Shown here: one piece after another, positions 33,924 through 45,053 of the stretch
Numbering within the stretch: the stretch's first letter is position 1
Layout of the letters: every line of letters begins with the position of its first letter
Notes under the pieces: model-generated
Databases searched by the model: none
Told to the model about the DNA's origin: nothing
The model's input: the letters and a program-made list of their open reading frames with translations, nothing else
Program-made: the position numbers and the translations under genes
NCBI GenBank assembly: GCA_049840735.1
Contig: JASGJN010000004.1
Span: forward strand, 64,001-128,000
From: Anaeromyxobacter sp.
GTDB taxonomy: Bacteria > Myxococcota > Myxococcia > Myxococcales > Anaeromyxobacteraceae
Length of the DNA stretch: 64,000 bases
Direction of reading: 5' to 3'

Positions 33924-34556
33924 ATGACCGAGACCCTGGACGTCGCCGGACCGGAGCGGGCCGCGCTGCTGCTGATCGAGCTCCAGCACGAGTGGCTCCA
34001 CCCCGAGGGCAGGCTGCACCGGCTCGTCGAGCCGGCGCTCCTGGCGGAGGCGGCGGACGGGGCGGGGCGCGCCCTGGGCGCGGCGCGCGCTGCCGGCATG
34101 CTGGTCGTCCACGCCGGGCTGCGCTTCGCCCCGGGCTACCCGGAGCTGGGGGCCGCCCGCAGCGGGCTGCGAGCGGCCATCCGCCGCGCCGGCACCTTCG
34201 CGGCGGCGGGGCCGGGCAGCACCTTCTGGCCTCCCTTCGTGCCGCGGGACGGGGAGCTGGTCGTGCAGGGCCGCGCGGGCGCGAGCGCCTTCGCCGGCTC
34301 CAACCTGGACCTCCTCCTGCGCGCCAGGCGCGTCAGCCAGATCTACCTGGCCGGCCTCGCGCTCCACGTCTGCGTCGCTGCCACCGCCTGGGCGGCGCAG
34401 GACCTGGGCTACGAGGTGACGGTGCTGGAGGACGCCACGGCGGCCTTCGACCGGCGCCAGCACGCCGCCACGCTGGAGGACGTCGTGCACCACGTGGGCG
34501 AGCGGATGTCGGTGAAGCGGTTCCAGGGGGCGCTCGCGCCCTGGCGGGCCGCCTGA
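33924..34556 (+). CDS. Isochorismatase-family cysteine hydrolase
   Basis: ALLLIELQ, SAFAGSNLDLLLR, GLALHVCV. Confidence 0.8.
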   Translation: MTETLDVAGPERAALLLIELQHEWLHPEGRLHRLVEPALLAEAADGAGRALGAARAAGMLVVHAGLRFAPGYPELGAARSGLRAAIRRAGTFAAAGPGSTFWPPFVPRDGELVVQGRAGASAFAGSNLDLLLRARRVSQIYLAGLALHVCVAATAWAAQDLGYEVTVLEDATAAFDRRQHAATLEDVVHHVGERMSVKRFQGALAPWRAA

Positions 34557-34615
34557 GCGGAGTGTTCCACCAGCAGCAGCATCACAGCCGCGCCGATCCG
34601 GCGCGAGGAGGCGAC

Positions 34616-35020
34616 ATGGAGCAGGGAAGCGCAGGGGTGGTGAAGGCGTTCTTCGCGGCCTTCGGGCAGGGCGACGCGGCGGGTGCGCTCGCGACCTTCC
34701 ACCCGGAGGTCGAGATCGTGGCGGTGCGCGACGCGAGCCGGAGGCCGGGCGAGCTGCACGGCAGCTACCGCGGCGACGGCGGGGCCCGGGAGTTCCTGTC
34801 CGCGCTGGGCGCCGCCTTCGAGACCGAGGCGTTCACCGTGGACGAGGTGGTGGGCGGAGGCGACGTGGCCTACGCGAGCGGGCGGTTCACCCACCGGGTG
34901 CGCGCCACCGGCAAGCCGTTCAGCAGCGCCTGGGCGCTGCGCTGCGTGATCGCGGAGGGCAGGATCCGCCGGTTCCGGTTCTACGAGGACTCGGCCGCCT
35001 ACCTCGCGGCCGCGCGGTGA
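34616..35020 (+). CDS. SnoaL/NTF2-like protein
   Basis: GGAGG RBS, VVKAFFAAF...GRIRRFRFYEDS. Confidence 0.8.
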   Translation: MEQGSAGVVKAFFAAFGQGDAAGALATFHPEVEIVAVRDASRRPGELHGSYRGDGGAREFLSALGAAFETEAFTVDEVVGGGDVAYASGRFTHRVRATGKPFSSAWALRCVIAEGRIRRFRFYEDSAAYLAAAR

Positions 35021-35033
35021 GGGAGGCCGACCG

Positions 35034-36038
35034 ATGAAGGCGATCGTGGCGACCGGCGGGGCGGTGGACGGGCTGCGGGACGTCGAGCTGCCGCCCCCCG
35101 TGGCCGGCGCGCATGACCTGGTGGTGGAGGTGCGGGCCGTCTCGGTGAACCCGGTGGACGCCAAGGTCCGGGCCCGCGCCGGCGGCCCGGGCCCGCCCAG
35201 GGTGCTGGGCTGGGACGCCGCGGGGGTGGTGGCGGAGGTCGGGCCGGCCGTGACGCGGTTCCGGCCTGGCGACGAGGTCTGGTTCGCCGGCGACGTGCGG
35301 CGCGCCGGCTCGAACGCCGAGCGGTGCGCGGTGGACGAGCGGATCGTCGGGCGCAAGCCGCGCAGCCTCGGGTTCGCCGAGGCCGCGGCGCTGCCGCTCA
35401 CGGCGCTGACCGCGCACGAGGCGCTGCTGGCCCGGGTGCAGCTCGGGCGCGGCGCGGCCAGCGCGGGGAAGCGGCTCCTGGTGATCGGCGGCGCCGGCGG
35501 CGTGGGGTCCGTCGCCATCCAGCTCGCGAAGGCCCTGACCGGCGCCAGCGTGACCGCCACCGCCAGCCGTCCGGAGAGCGCCGCGTGGGCGCGCGAGCTG
35601 GGGGCCGACCACGTGATCGACCACGCGCGCCCGCTGGGGCCGCAGCTCGAGGGGCTCGGCCTCCCCGCGCCGGACGTGGTGCTCTGCACGGCCGACACCG
35701 ACCCCTACTTCTCCCAGCTCGCGGCGCTGATCGCGCCGCAGGGCACGCTCTGCTTCATCGTCCCGCCGCGGGCGCCGGTGGACCTGGCGCCGCTCCACGC
35801 CAGGTCGGCCGCGGTCGCCTGGGAGCTCATGTTCACCCGCTCGACGTACGGCACGGCCGACCTGGAGGAGCAGCATCGCATCCTGACGGAGGTCGCGGCG
35901 CTGGTGGACGCCGGGCGGATCCGCTCGACGCTCCGGCAGCGGCTCGGGCCCATCTGCGCGGCCACGCTCCGGGAGGCGCACCGTCGCATCGAGCGCGGCG
36001 ACACCATCGGGAAGATCGTGCTGGAGGGGTGGGGGTGA
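35034..36038 (+). CDS. MDR-family (zinc-binding ADH-like) oxidoreductase
   Basis: VSVNPVD, IGGAGGVGS, WELMFTRS, GKIVL. Confidence 0.9.
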   Translation: MKAIVATGGAVDGLRDVELPPPVAGAHDLVVEVRAVSVNPVDAKVRARAGGPGPPRVLGWDAAGVVAEVGPAVTRFRPGDEVWFAGDVRRAGSNAERCAVDERIVGRKPRSLGFAEAAALPLTALTAHEALLARVQLGRGAASAGKRLLVIGGAGGVGSVAIQLAKALTGASVTATASRPESAAWARELGADHVIDHARPLGPQLEGLGLPAPDVVLCTADTDPYFSQLAALIAPQGTLCFIVPPRAPVDLAPLHARSAAVAWELMFTRSTYGTADLEEQHRILTEVAALVDAGRIRSTLRQRLGPICAATLREAHRRIERGDTIGKIVLEGWG

Positions 36039-36381
36039 GGACGGACCGCCCGGGGCGGGCCGGCGGCGTGCCCAGAGGGCGTCCTTCCAGCGGACCTGCA
36101 CATGGGCCGCAACCGAGCCGGGGATCGAGCGCTCGCCCGGCGGGCAGCTGGCCGTACCCAGGACCGACAGCCCGCCTCCCTGGGTGGTCTTCACCGCGCT
36201 GACCTCCCCCCCGAGGCGACCCGAGGTCAGGGGCGACCCTGGCGCCGCCGGGCAGCGCTGCCCCATCGAGCCCCCGCGCCCGGGCGGCGGGAAAGGCGAC
36301 CCCGGCGCGTCCGGGTGCCAGGAGTTTACCCTTCGTTGAACGCCGGGGCGCGCTGGCACGCCTCCTGCTCTTCGGGCGGTC

Positions 36382-39006
36382 ATGTTCACGCGGATGAAGA
36401 TGGGCTCCAAGGTCATGGCCGGCTTCGTGCTCGCCACCGTCATCATGACGGCGGTGGGCGTCATCGCCTTCGAGATGGCGAGCGGGATCCGCGGCCGGCT
36501 CGACGACGTCGCCGAGAACCGGCTGCCCTCGATCACGGCGCTGCTGGGGGTGCGCGAGGGCCAGACGCTGGTGACCCGGGGCCTCAACGCCCTCTTCATG
36601 CCCGAGTTCATCGCCGACAGGGCGCTCCGCGTCCGCGGGCACGCCCTGGTGGACAAGGGCTTCGAGCAGCTCGACGCGGCCATCCGCGAGTACGAGGCCC
36701 TCCCGCACGACGAACACGCCCAGGGGTTCTGGCGCGAGGCGCGGACCGCGCTGGATGCCTGGCGGCTGCGGGCGAAGGCGGTAGACGAGCTCGTGCTCGA
36801 GAAGGAGCAGGCGCTGGACGCCGGCGCCGCCGTGTCGGCGGTGCACGAGCGCGCCTGGGCCGCCTACCTCGAGATGAGGGACGCCTATGACCCGGTGGCC
36901 CTGACCGTGAACGCGGCGCTCGCTGACGCCCAGGGAGACACGGCCGCGCTGCGCGCCGAGGGCGGCGCCATGGCGCGGCGTGGCGTGACCGTGATCGCCT
37001 TCACGGTGCTGGGCGGCTCCCTCCTGCTGATCCTGGTGGGCGTCCTGATCGGCCGTCACATCGGGCAGATGATGGGCGCGGTGACCCGGGAGGCGGACAA
37101 GCTCCGCGCCGCGGTCTCGGCCGGGCGGCTGGAGGTGCGGGGCGCCGCCGAGGGCCTCACGCCGGAGTTCCGCCCGGTGGTCGAGGGGATGAACGCGACC
37201 ATGGACGCGTTCATGAAGCCGATCCGGGTGACGGCCGAGTACGTCACGCGCATCTCCAGCGGCGACGTGCCGCCGCCCATCACCGACCACTACGAGGGCG
37301 ACTTCAACCTCATCAAGGACTCGCTCAACCGCTGCATCGGCTCCATCCGCGCCCTCATCACCGACACGGCCGCGCTGGCGCAGGCGGGCGTGGAGGGCAA
37401 GCTCTCCACCCGCGTGGATCCCGCCAGGCACCAGGGGGACTTCCGGCGCATCGTGCAGGGCGTGAACGACACGCTCGACGCCGTGGTCGGGCCCCTCTCG
37501 GTGGCCGCCGACGCGGTGGACGCGATCGCCCGCGGCGAGGTCCCGCCCCGGATCGCCGCCACCTACCGCGGGGACTTCGAGGTGCTGAGGCGGAACCTCA
37601 ACACCTGCATCGACGCCATCCAGGCGCTGGTGACGGACGCGAAGGCGCTCTCCGCCGCCGCGGTGGCCGGGGAGTTCGACGTCCGGGCCGACGCGGAGAA
37701 GCACCGGGGGGACTTCCGCGCCATCGTGCAGGGCGTGAACGACACCATCGAGGCCATCGTGGGGCCGTTCCGGGTGATGGCCGACTACTGCGAGCGGATC
37801 TCCCATGGCGACATCCCGCCCCGCCGCGCCAACGCGGTCCAGGGGCAGGTCGTCGGGATGCAGCAGAGCCTCAACCGCTGCGTGGAGGCCCTCTCCCGGC
37901 TGGTCGCGGACGTGAACACGCTGGCGGGCTCCGCCGTCGCCGGCGACCTGTCGGCGCGGATCGACGCCGCCCGCCACGAGGGCGCGTTCCACACGGCGCT
38001 GGACGGCGTGAACCGGACCATGGAGGCGGTCATCGCCCCGGTGAACCAGGCCACCGCCACCCTGGAGCTGCTCGCCCGGCGCGACCTCCGGGCCCGCGTG
38101 GAGGGAGGTTTCAAGGGCGACCACGCCAAGCTCAAGGACGCCGTGAACACGACCGCGGAGGCGCTGCAGGAGGCCCTGATCCAGGTCGCGGAGGCGAGCG
38201 ATCAGGTCTCCGGCGCTTCCTCGCAGATCGCCTCCTCGGCCCAGGCCGTCGCCTCGGGCGCCTCCGAGCAGGCGGCGTCCCTGGAGGAGACGAGCGCGTC
38301 GCTCGAGTCGGTCGCCAACATGGTGAAGAACTCCGCCGACGCGGCCCGGGAGGCGAACGGCCTCGTGCAGCGGACCGGGCAGGCCGCCAGCGAGGGCGCC
38401 CGCGCGGTGGAGGAGCTGCAGGGCACCATGGGGCGGATCAAGGCCTCCGCGGAGGCCACCTCGGAGATCATCAGGGACGTGAGCGACATCGCCTTCCAGA
38501 CCAACCTCCTCGCGCTCAACGCGGCCGTCGAGGCGGCGCGGGCCGGGGAGGCGGGGCGCGGCTTCGCCGTGGTGGCCGAGGAGGTCCGGTCGCTGGCGCT
38601 GCGCGCCAAGGAGGCCGCCTCCAGGACGGAAGCGCTGATCCGGCAGTCGGTCGGCCAGGCGGTGGCAGGCGAGCAGGTGGCCGCGCACGTCTCGGGGCAG
38701 CTCACGGACATCGTCCGGGGCGTCGGCAAGGTCACGGAGATCGTCGCCACCATCGCGGCGGCGGCCCAGGAGCAGGACACCGCCGTCCAGCAGGTCACCA
38801 CCGCGGTGGGCGAGATGGACAAGGTCACCCAGCAGAACGCGGCCAGCGCCGAGGAGTCCTCGTCGGCGGCGAGCGAGCTCTCCAGCCAGGCCGAGGAGCT
38901 GGCCGCGATGGTGGGCGCCTTCCAGCTCGACCGGCGCGAGGCGAGCCGCCCGAACGGTGCCGGGGCGTTCCACTTGCCCGCCCCGCGCCGCAGGCTCAGG
39001 GCCTGA
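36382..39006 (+). CDS. Methyl-accepting chemotaxis protein with tandem HAMP domains
   Basis: Two TMs, repeated GDF...N HAMP units, [27 protein letters not shown]. Confidence 0.93.
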   Translation: MFTRMKMGSKVMAGFVLATVIMTAVGVIAFEMASGIRGRLDDVAENRLPSITALLGVREGQTLVTRGLNALFMPEFIADRALRVRGHALVDKGFEQLDAAIREYEALPHDEHAQGFWREARTALDAWRLRAKAVDELVLEKEQALDAGAAVSAVHERAWAAYLEMRDAYDPVALTVNAALADAQGDTAALRAEGGAMARRGVTVIAFTVLGGSLLLILVGVLIGRHIGQMMGAVTREADKLRAAVSAGRLEVRGAAEGLTPEFRPVVEGMNATMDAFMKPIRVTAEYVTRISSGDVPPPITDHYEGDFNLIKDSLNRCIGSIRALITDTAALAQAGVEGKLSTRVDPARHQGDFRRIVQGVNDTLDAVVGPLSVAADAVDAIARGEVPPRIAATYRGDFEVLRRNLNTCIDAIQALVTDAKALSAAAVAGEFDVRADAEKHRGDFRAIVQGVNDTIEAIVGPFRVMADYCERISHGDIPPRRANAVQGQVVGMQQSLNRCVEALSRLVADVNTLAGSAVAGDLSARIDAARHEGAFHTALDGVNRTMEAVIAPVNQATATLELLARRDLRARVEGGFKGDHAKLKDAVNTTAEALQEALIQVAEASDQVSGASSQIASSAQAVASGASEQAASLEETSASLESVANMVKNSADAAREANGLVQRTGQAASEGARAVEELQGTMGRIKASAEATSEIIRDVSDIAFQTNLLALNAAVEAARAGEAGRGFAVVAEEVRSLALRAKEAASRTEALIRQSVGQAVAGEQVAAHVSGQLTDIVRGVGKVTEIVATIAAAAQEQDTAVQQVTTAVGEMDKVTQQNAASAEESSSAASELSSQAEELAAMVGAFQLDRREASRPNGAGAFHLPAPRRRLRA

Positions 39007-39373
39007 GGGGCTCTTCGGCTGGCGGTCCGTCCACGTCCGGTTCACGCGGCGGCGAGCCATTCAGGTACCCCCTAACGGGGCATCGATAGTCCAAATACTC
39101 CTCGCGCTTCGCCTGCGCCTGGTTTTCGCAACCACTCCTGATCCCGAGACCTTGCGGGCCGCCGGACGCGACGCGCGGGTGGGTTCTCCTCCCACCTCTG
39201 CACGCTCCGGCGCCAGTCCGCTTCGGTTGCCCTGCTCCCCCCACCTACCTAGGGTGGCGCCCTTTACGCGTGGTGGGGGTCACCACCGGGCCGCGATGGC
39301 ATCGGCGCGGCGAGCAGCCGTGAGCGGGTTTCGCCGCCGGAGGGGCCTGTCCTCGGCGGCAGTGGGAGAGGGA

Positions 39374-42300
39374 ATGAAGCCTATGTTCGGGCGCGCGCCG
39401 CGCGCCGCGGTGGTGTGGGGCCTCGCGCTCCTGGCGAGCGCGCTGGTGGCCTGCGGTGGTGGCGGCGGTGGCGGCGGCGAGGAGCCGCCCGTCGTCGACA
39501 CCACGCCGCCCTCCGTGCCGCAGAACGTCTCCGCGGCCGTGAGCGGCAGCAGCATCACCGTGACCTGGGACGGCGCCAGCGACGACACCGGGATCGATCA
39601 CTACGTGATCGCCCGCACCGGCGGCACGCAGGGGCTGGTGGTCGCGACCGTCGCCGTCACCACCTTCACGGCCAGCGGCCTGCCCCCGGCCACCACCTAC
39701 AGCTTCACGGTGACGGCCTACGACGCGGCCGGGAACAGCTCCGGCGCGTCGGCCCCGGCCATCGGCACCACCGACCCGGAGCCGCCGACGCCGCCGGACA
39801 ACTCGGCCATCGTCTATTACGCGGCGCCGGACAGCTGGGCCACCGTCAACCTCCACTACGGCATCGGCGACACCTGGGTCTCGCCGCCGGGCGTGGCCAT
39901 GCAGCGCGTCTGCGCCGGCTGGGCGAAGAAGGAGCTCGAGCTCGGCACGGCCACGACCTTCCTGGCCGACTTCAACGACGGCATCACCTGGGACGACAAC
40001 GGCGGCAGCTACTACACCCTGCCCGCCGGCACCTCCACGGTGAGCGGCGGGGTGGTGACCGCCGGCGCGTCCAACCCCTGCCCCGGCGTGGACTCGACGC
40101 CGCCCACGGTCCCGCAGGGCGTGGCCGTCACGGCGAACGGCACCAGCGGCATCACCGTCACCTGGGCCGCCTCGACGGACGACACGGGGGTGGATCACTA
40201 CGAGATCACCCGCACCGGCGGGACGCAGGGCACGGTGGTCGGGACCGCCACCGCCACCACCTTCACGGCCACCGGCCTGACCGCGGCCACGACCTACAGC
40301 TTCACCGTGAGGGCCCATGACGCGGCAGGGAACGCCTCGGAGGCATCCTCGCCGGCGATCACCACCACCGACCCCGAGCCGCCGCCGCCGCCCAACACGG
40401 CCACCGTCTACTACGCGCCCGCCTCCGGGTGGACCACCGTCAACATCCACTACGGCATCGCCGGCGTCTGGACCACGCCGCCAGGGATCGCCATGCAGCA
40501 GGCGTGCGCTGGCTGGTGGCTGAAGCAGATCGACCTCGGCACCAACACGAGCTTCAAGGTCACCTTCAACAACGGCACGGCCTGGGACAACAACGGCGGG
40601 CAGGACTACACCGTCGGCGCCGGCGTCACCACGGTGAGCAACCGCGTGGTCACCTCCAACGCCGCGAGCCCCTGCGGCGTGGACGACACGCCGCCTTCCA
40701 CCCCGCTGAACGTGACCGCCACGCCGAGCGGGACCAGCGTCACCGTCACCTGGTCCGCCTCCACCGACGATCACGCGGTGAGCGGCTACGAGGTCACCCG
40801 GACCGGCGGCAGCCAGGGCACGGTGGTCGGCACCGCCTCCACCACCACCTTCTCGGTGAGCAGCCTGTCCCCCAGCACCACCTACACGTTCACGGTGAAG
40901 GCGGTCGACACCTCCAGCAACAAGTCGGCTGCGAGCGCGGCGGCCCAGGCCACCACCGGCGACGGCTCGGCCGTCTACCCGGACCGGCTGGGCGCGCTCT
41001 ACCTGCCGGCGGCCACGAAGTTCCGCCTCTGGTCGCCGGACAGCAGCAGCGTCACCGTCACCGTCGGCGGCACCACCTACCCGATGGTCCACGTGGCGGA
41101 CTTCGCCGGCTACACGTCGATCTACGAGGCCACCGTGTCCGGCGACCTCGAGCTGCAGCCCTACCAGTTCGCGGTGGGCGGCGCGGCGGTGCGCGATCCC
41201 TACGCGCTGATGGTCAACCCCGGAACCACGCAGGGCGTCGTGATGGACATGGCCTCCATCGCGCCGGCCGGCGGCTGGGCCGCCACGCCCGCCCTCGTCA
41301 ACCGTGAGGACGCCATCATCTACGAGACGCACGTGCGCGACTTCACCATCGACGCGAACTCGGGCGTCGACGCGGCGAGGAAGGGCAAGTTCCTGGGCAT
41401 GGTCCAGACCGGGACCACCTACGGCACGGCCAAGACCGGCCTCGACCACCTGAAGGAGCTGGGCGTCACGCACGTGCAGCTCATGCCGGTCTACGACTTC
41501 GGCACGGCCCTCTACAACTGGGGCTACGACCCGGTGAACTACAACGTGCCCGAGGAGCAGTACGCCCAGGCGACGGATCCCGTCGGCCGCGTCCAGGAGT
41601 TCCAGACCATGGTCAACGAGCTCCACAAGAACGGCCTGCGGGTCGTGGTGGACGTGGTCTACAACCACACCTACGACAAGACCGTCCTGCAGCTCATCAC
41701 CGGCAAGTACTACACCACGGTCGATCTGTCCGGCGTCGGCAACTCCATCGACGACGGCAACCCCATGGTCGCGCGGATGATCCAGGACAGCCTGGAGCAG
41801 TGGGTCCGCAACTACAACGTGGACGGCTTCCGCTTCGACCTGCTGGGCGTCTTCTACGCCACCAACGCCGCCGCCTGGGGCAACCACCTCAACGCCACCT
41901 TCCCGACCAGGAACCTGCTGCTCTACGGCGAGCCCTGGAACGGCTACGCCACCGACCCCAACGACGCGCAGAAGGTCCGCTTCGGCAAGATGCCGACCCT
42001 GGCCGGCGCGCACGTCGGCGTCTTCAACGGCGGCTACCGCGACGACCTGCGCGGCCCCGGCGACAGCGCGGTGCAGCGCTACGTCGTGAACCAGGCCCCC
42101 AGCTGGTGGGGCGCCATCGCCGCCGGCTCCCGCGGCTCGATCACGGCGACCAAGAGCACCAGCGCGCTGCCCAACGCCTGGGACTCGATGTTCGCCTACG
42201 ACCCCGAGCAGGCCATCAACTACGTCTCGGCCCACGACAACCTGAACATGTGGGACAAGATCAACTACGCGGGCCTCTCCGGCGGCCCCACCGGCTACGC

Positions 42301-42850
42301 CGGCCGCGTGGACCGCTTCACCATCGGCATCCTCATGACCAGCCAGGGCATCCCCTTCTTCTACGAGGGGGACGAGATGCTGCACAGCAAGGCGTACGGC
42401 GGCGACTACACCACCGCCAAGAACAGCTACCGGGCCGGCGACAACTACAACGCCATCCGCTGGGCCGACAAGGTCACCAACGCGGCCACCCACCAGTTCT
42501 ACCGCGACGCCATCGCGCTCCGCCGCGCCAACCCGGCGCTCCGGCTCACCAGCTGGGACGAGATCAACACCCGCGTCCGGACCACCCTCAACGCCGGCTC
42601 GCAGAGCGCGTCGTCCATCAACGCCGTCCACGACGCCTCGCTCCCCGCCGGCGTGGTGGTGAACAGCATCGACGCCGACGGGAACGTGGGCAACGGCCAC
42701 GAGCTGGTGGTGGTCTACAACAACGGCAACAGCTTCAACCTCACCCTCCCCGCCGGCAGCTGGACCAAGATCTTCGACGCCGGCGGCGCCGTCTCGAAGA
42801 CCGACGTGGTCTGCGAGGGGACCGCGGTGACCGTGTTCAGGAAGAACTAG
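39374..42850 (+). CDS. pulA: Lipoprotein GH13 pullulanase with 3 FN3 and 2 starch-binding (CBM25-like) modules
   Basis: LVAC lipobox, repeated DTTPP..P FN3 units, YNWGYDP, DVVYNH, DGFRFD, YGEPW, HDN. Confidence 0.88.
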   Translation: MKPMFGRAPRAAVVWGLALLASALVACGGGGGGGGEEPPVVDTTPPSVPQNVSAAVSGSSITVTWDGASDDTGIDHYVIARTGGTQGLVVATVAVTTFTASGLPPATTYSFTVTAYDAAGNSSGASAPAIGTTDPEPPTPPDNSAIVYYAAPDSWATVNLHYGIGDTWVSPPGVAMQRVCAGWAKKELELGTATTFLADFNDGITWDDNGGSYYTLPAGTSTVSGGVVTAGASNPCPGVDSTPPTVPQGVAVTANGTSGITVTWAASTDDTGVDHYEITRTGGTQGTVVGTATATTFTATGLTAATTYSFTVRAHDAAGNASEASSPAITTTDPEPPPPPNTATVYYAPASGWTTVNIHYGIAGVWTTPPGIAMQQACAGWWLKQIDLGTNTSFKVTFNNGTAWDNNGGQDYTVGAGVTTVSNRVVTSNAASPCGVDDTPPSTPLNVTATPSGTSVTVTWSASTDDHAVSGYEVTRTGGSQGTVVGTASTTTFSVSSLSPSTTYTFTVKAVDTSSNKSAASAAAQATTGDGSAVYPDRLGALYLPAATKFRLWSPDSSSVTVTVGGTTYPMVHVADFAGYTSIYEATVSGDLELQPYQFAVGGAAVRDPYALMVNPGTTQGVVMDMASIAPAGGWAATPALVNREDAIIYETHVRDFTIDANSGVDAARKGKFLGMVQTGTTYGTAKTGLDHLKELGVTHVQLMPVYDFGTALYNWGYDPVNYNVPEEQYAQATDPVGRVQEFQTMVNELHKNGLRVVVDVVYNHTYDKTVLQLITGKYYTTVDLSGVGNSIDDGNPMVARMIQDSLEQWVRNYNVDGFRFDLLGVFYATNAAAWGNHLNATFPTRNLLLYGEPWNGYATDPNDAQKVRFGKMPTLAGAHVGVFNGGYRDDLRGPGDSAVQRYVVNQAPSWWGAIAAGSRGSITATKSTSALPNAWDSMFAYDPEQAINYVSAHDNLNMWDKINYAGLSGGPTGYAGRVDRFTIGILMTSQGIPFFYEGDEMLHSKAYGGDYTTAKNSYRAGDNYNAIRWADKVTNAATHQFYRDAIALRRANPALRLTSWDEINTRVRTTLNAGSQSASSINAVHDASLPAGVVVNSIDADGNVGNGHELVVVYNNGNSFNLTLPAGSWTKIFDAGGAVSKTDVVCEGTAVTVFRKN

Positions 42851-42872
42851 CCGACGGGCGCGGCTGACGGGC

Positions 42873-42911
42873 CGCGAGGCCGGGACTTCGAACGAGGTCC
42901 CGGCCTTCGCG
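42873..42911. terminator. Hairpin between convergent genes
   Basis: AGGCCGGGACTTCG-AA-CGAGGTCCCGGCCT. Confidence 0.6.
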
Positions 42912-42940
42912 TCTCCGGGGGTGGGCTGGACCGCCGGGCA

Positions 42941-44869
42941 TCACCCGAGCAGCTGCTCGATGCTCGACGGGTCCGGCGGCTTGGCCACGTGGCGGTCGAA
43001 GCCGGCGGCCAGCGCCCGCGCCACGTCCTCCGGCTGCGCGTAGCCGCTGAGCGCGACCAGCCGGATGGCGCGATCTCCGCTCGCCCGCAGCGCCTGCGCC
43101 ACGGCGTAGCCGTCCATGCCAGGCAGCCCGATGTCGCAGAGCACGATGTCCAGGTGGCCCTGCTGCGCCCGGGCCAGGGCGCTCGGCCCGTCGAAGGCGA
43201 GCTCGACCTCGTGGCCGAGCATCCGGACCAGCTCCGCCAGCGTCTCGGCGGCGTCCCGGTTGTCGTCCACCACCAGCACCCTGCGGCGGCCAGGGCTGGC
43301 GGCGGCCAGGGGCGGCCGCCCCGGCCCGGCCTGGCCGCCCGCCGCGGCGCGCACGGCCGGGAGCGGCAGCGTCACGCAGATCTCCGCGCCGCCCCCGGCG
43401 CCGTTGCGGGCCACGACCTCGCCGCCGTGCAGCAGCACCAGCCCCTTGACCAGCGAGAGCCCCAGGCCCAGCCCGCCCTCGGTCCGCGCCAGCGTCTGCG
43501 CCGCCTGCGTGAACGGCTCGAACAGGGTGGGGAGCACGTCGAGGGGAATGCCCGGCCCTGTGTCGCGCACGCGGATGGCGACGGCCCTGGCCTCCGCCTC
43601 CACCTCGACGCCCACCCGCCCGCCGGCGGGGGTGAACTTCGCGGCGTTGGAGAGCAGGTTCCCCAGCACCTGCGCCAGCCGCGTCTCGTCCCCCTCCACG
43701 ACGAGCGGCTCGCGCGGCAGGTCCAGGTCCAGGCTCAGCCGGCGGGCGTGGAGCACCGGCCGGTAGTCCTCGGCCGTGCGCCGGACCACCGCCGTGATGT
43801 CCACCGGGGCGGACCGCAGGTCCACCTTCCCGCGGGCGATCCGGGTGACGTCCAGCAGGTCGTCCACCAGCCGGGTCATGTGCGCGACCTGGCGATCGAC
43901 GACCTCCCGGGCCCTGCGCGCCCGCTCCTCACCCGGGTCGGCGCGCTCCAGGATGAAGAGCGCGTTGCGGATGGGCGCGAGGGGGTTGCGCAGCTCGTGC
44001 GAGAGCATCCCCAGGAACTCGTCCTTGCGCCGGTCGGCCTCGCGCAGCGCCTGCTCGGCGCGCTTGCGGTCGTCGATGTTCATCGCGGCGCCCACCAGCC
44101 GCACCACCCGTCCGCCCTCGGCGATGGGCGCCAGCCGGCACTGGAACCACCGGTGCTCGCCGTCGGCTGCGCGGTAGCGCAGCTCCACGTCCTGCGCGGC
44201 CAGGGTCTTCAGCGCCCGGCGCCGGCAGGCCACCGCCGCGCCCAGGTCCTCGGGGTGCACCAGGTCCATCCACCCGGCGCGCTTCGTCGCCGCGAGGTCC
44301 AGCCCGGAGAAGCTGGTCCACTCCGGGTTGACGTACTCGGCCCTCCCGTCCGGCCCCAGCACGCAGACGATCTGCGGCATGGCGTCGGCGAGCACGCGGA
44401 AGCGCTCCTCGCTCTCCCGGAGCGCCTCCTCGACCAGCTTCCGCCCGGTGATCTCCACCGCGGCGCTGCCGACGGTGTCGGCGCCGATGCGGAAGATCTT
44501 CACGAGGAGGGTCCTGCCCGAGAAGGTCGCCTCGTACTGCTCGGGCTCCCCGGTGGCGAGGACCCGGCCGAGCCGCGGCGCCGCGCGCTTGCCGCCGTCC
44601 GGCATGATCTCGGCGAGCGTGCGACCGACGACCTCCTCGCGCCCCTTGCCGAGGAGCTCCAGCGCCGCCTCGTTGGCCTCCGCGTAGCGCCAGCCCTGGA
44701 CCGCACCGCGCTCGTCGCGGACGGCGTCCAGGATCACCAGGAGGTCACGGACGTTCTGGGCGATGGTCCGGGCCTGCGCCTCGCTCGGCCGCCAAGCCGG
44801 CCCGGTCGGGCGGTGCTCCTGCCGGCTCCCTCCCGGCTGCGCGTTCCGGCTGTTCCCGTCCGAGGCCAT
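42941..44869 (-). CDS. PAS hybrid histidine kinase with a receiver domain
   Basis: Two PAS domains, SHELRNPL, NAAKFT, GLGLGL, VLVVDDN receiver. Confidence 0.92.
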   Translation of the reverse strand: MASDGNSRNAQPGGSRQEHRPTGPAWRPSEAQARTIAQNVRDLLVILDAVRDERGAVQGWRYAEANEAALELLGKGREEVVGRTLAEIMPDGGKRAAPRLGRVLATGEPEQYEATFSGRTLLVKIFRIGADTVGSAAVEITGRKLVEEALRESEERFRVLADAMPQIVCVLGPDGRAEYVNPEWTSFSGLDLAATKRAGWMDLVHPEDLGAAVACRRRALKTLAAQDVELRYRAADGEHRWFQCRLAPIAEGGRVVRLVGAAMNIDDRKRAEQALREADRRKDEFLGMLSHELRNPLAPIRNALFILERADPGEERARRAREVVDRQVAHMTRLVDDLLDVTRIARGKVDLRSAPVDITAVVRRTAEDYRPVLHARRLSLDLDLPREPLVVEGDETRLAQVLGNLLSNAAKFTPAGGRVGVEVEAEARAVAIRVRDTGPGIPLDVLPTLFEPFTQAAQTLARTEGGLGLGLSLVKGLVLLHGGEVVARNGAGGGAEICVTLPLPAVRAAAGGQAGPGRPPLAAASPGRRRVLVVDDNRDAAETLAELVRMLGHEVELAFDGPSALARAQQGHLDIVLCDIGLPGMDGYAVAQALRASGDRAIRLVALSGYAQPEDVARALAAGFDRHVAKPPDPSSIEQLLG

Positions 44870-45053
44870 GCCACCGGGAGTTCTACTCCGGCGCTCCCTG
44901 GGCGCACGAACCTCTCAAGACCGTCCGGCGCGGCAGCTGCTCCACGATGGCCAGGAGCGTCCGCTCCGCGTCGCGCACGGGGTTGCGCCCGGGCCGCCCA
45001 GCGCCGTGAGTAGCCGTCGATGCAGACGTCCAGCGTGCGCGCGTCGATCAGGG

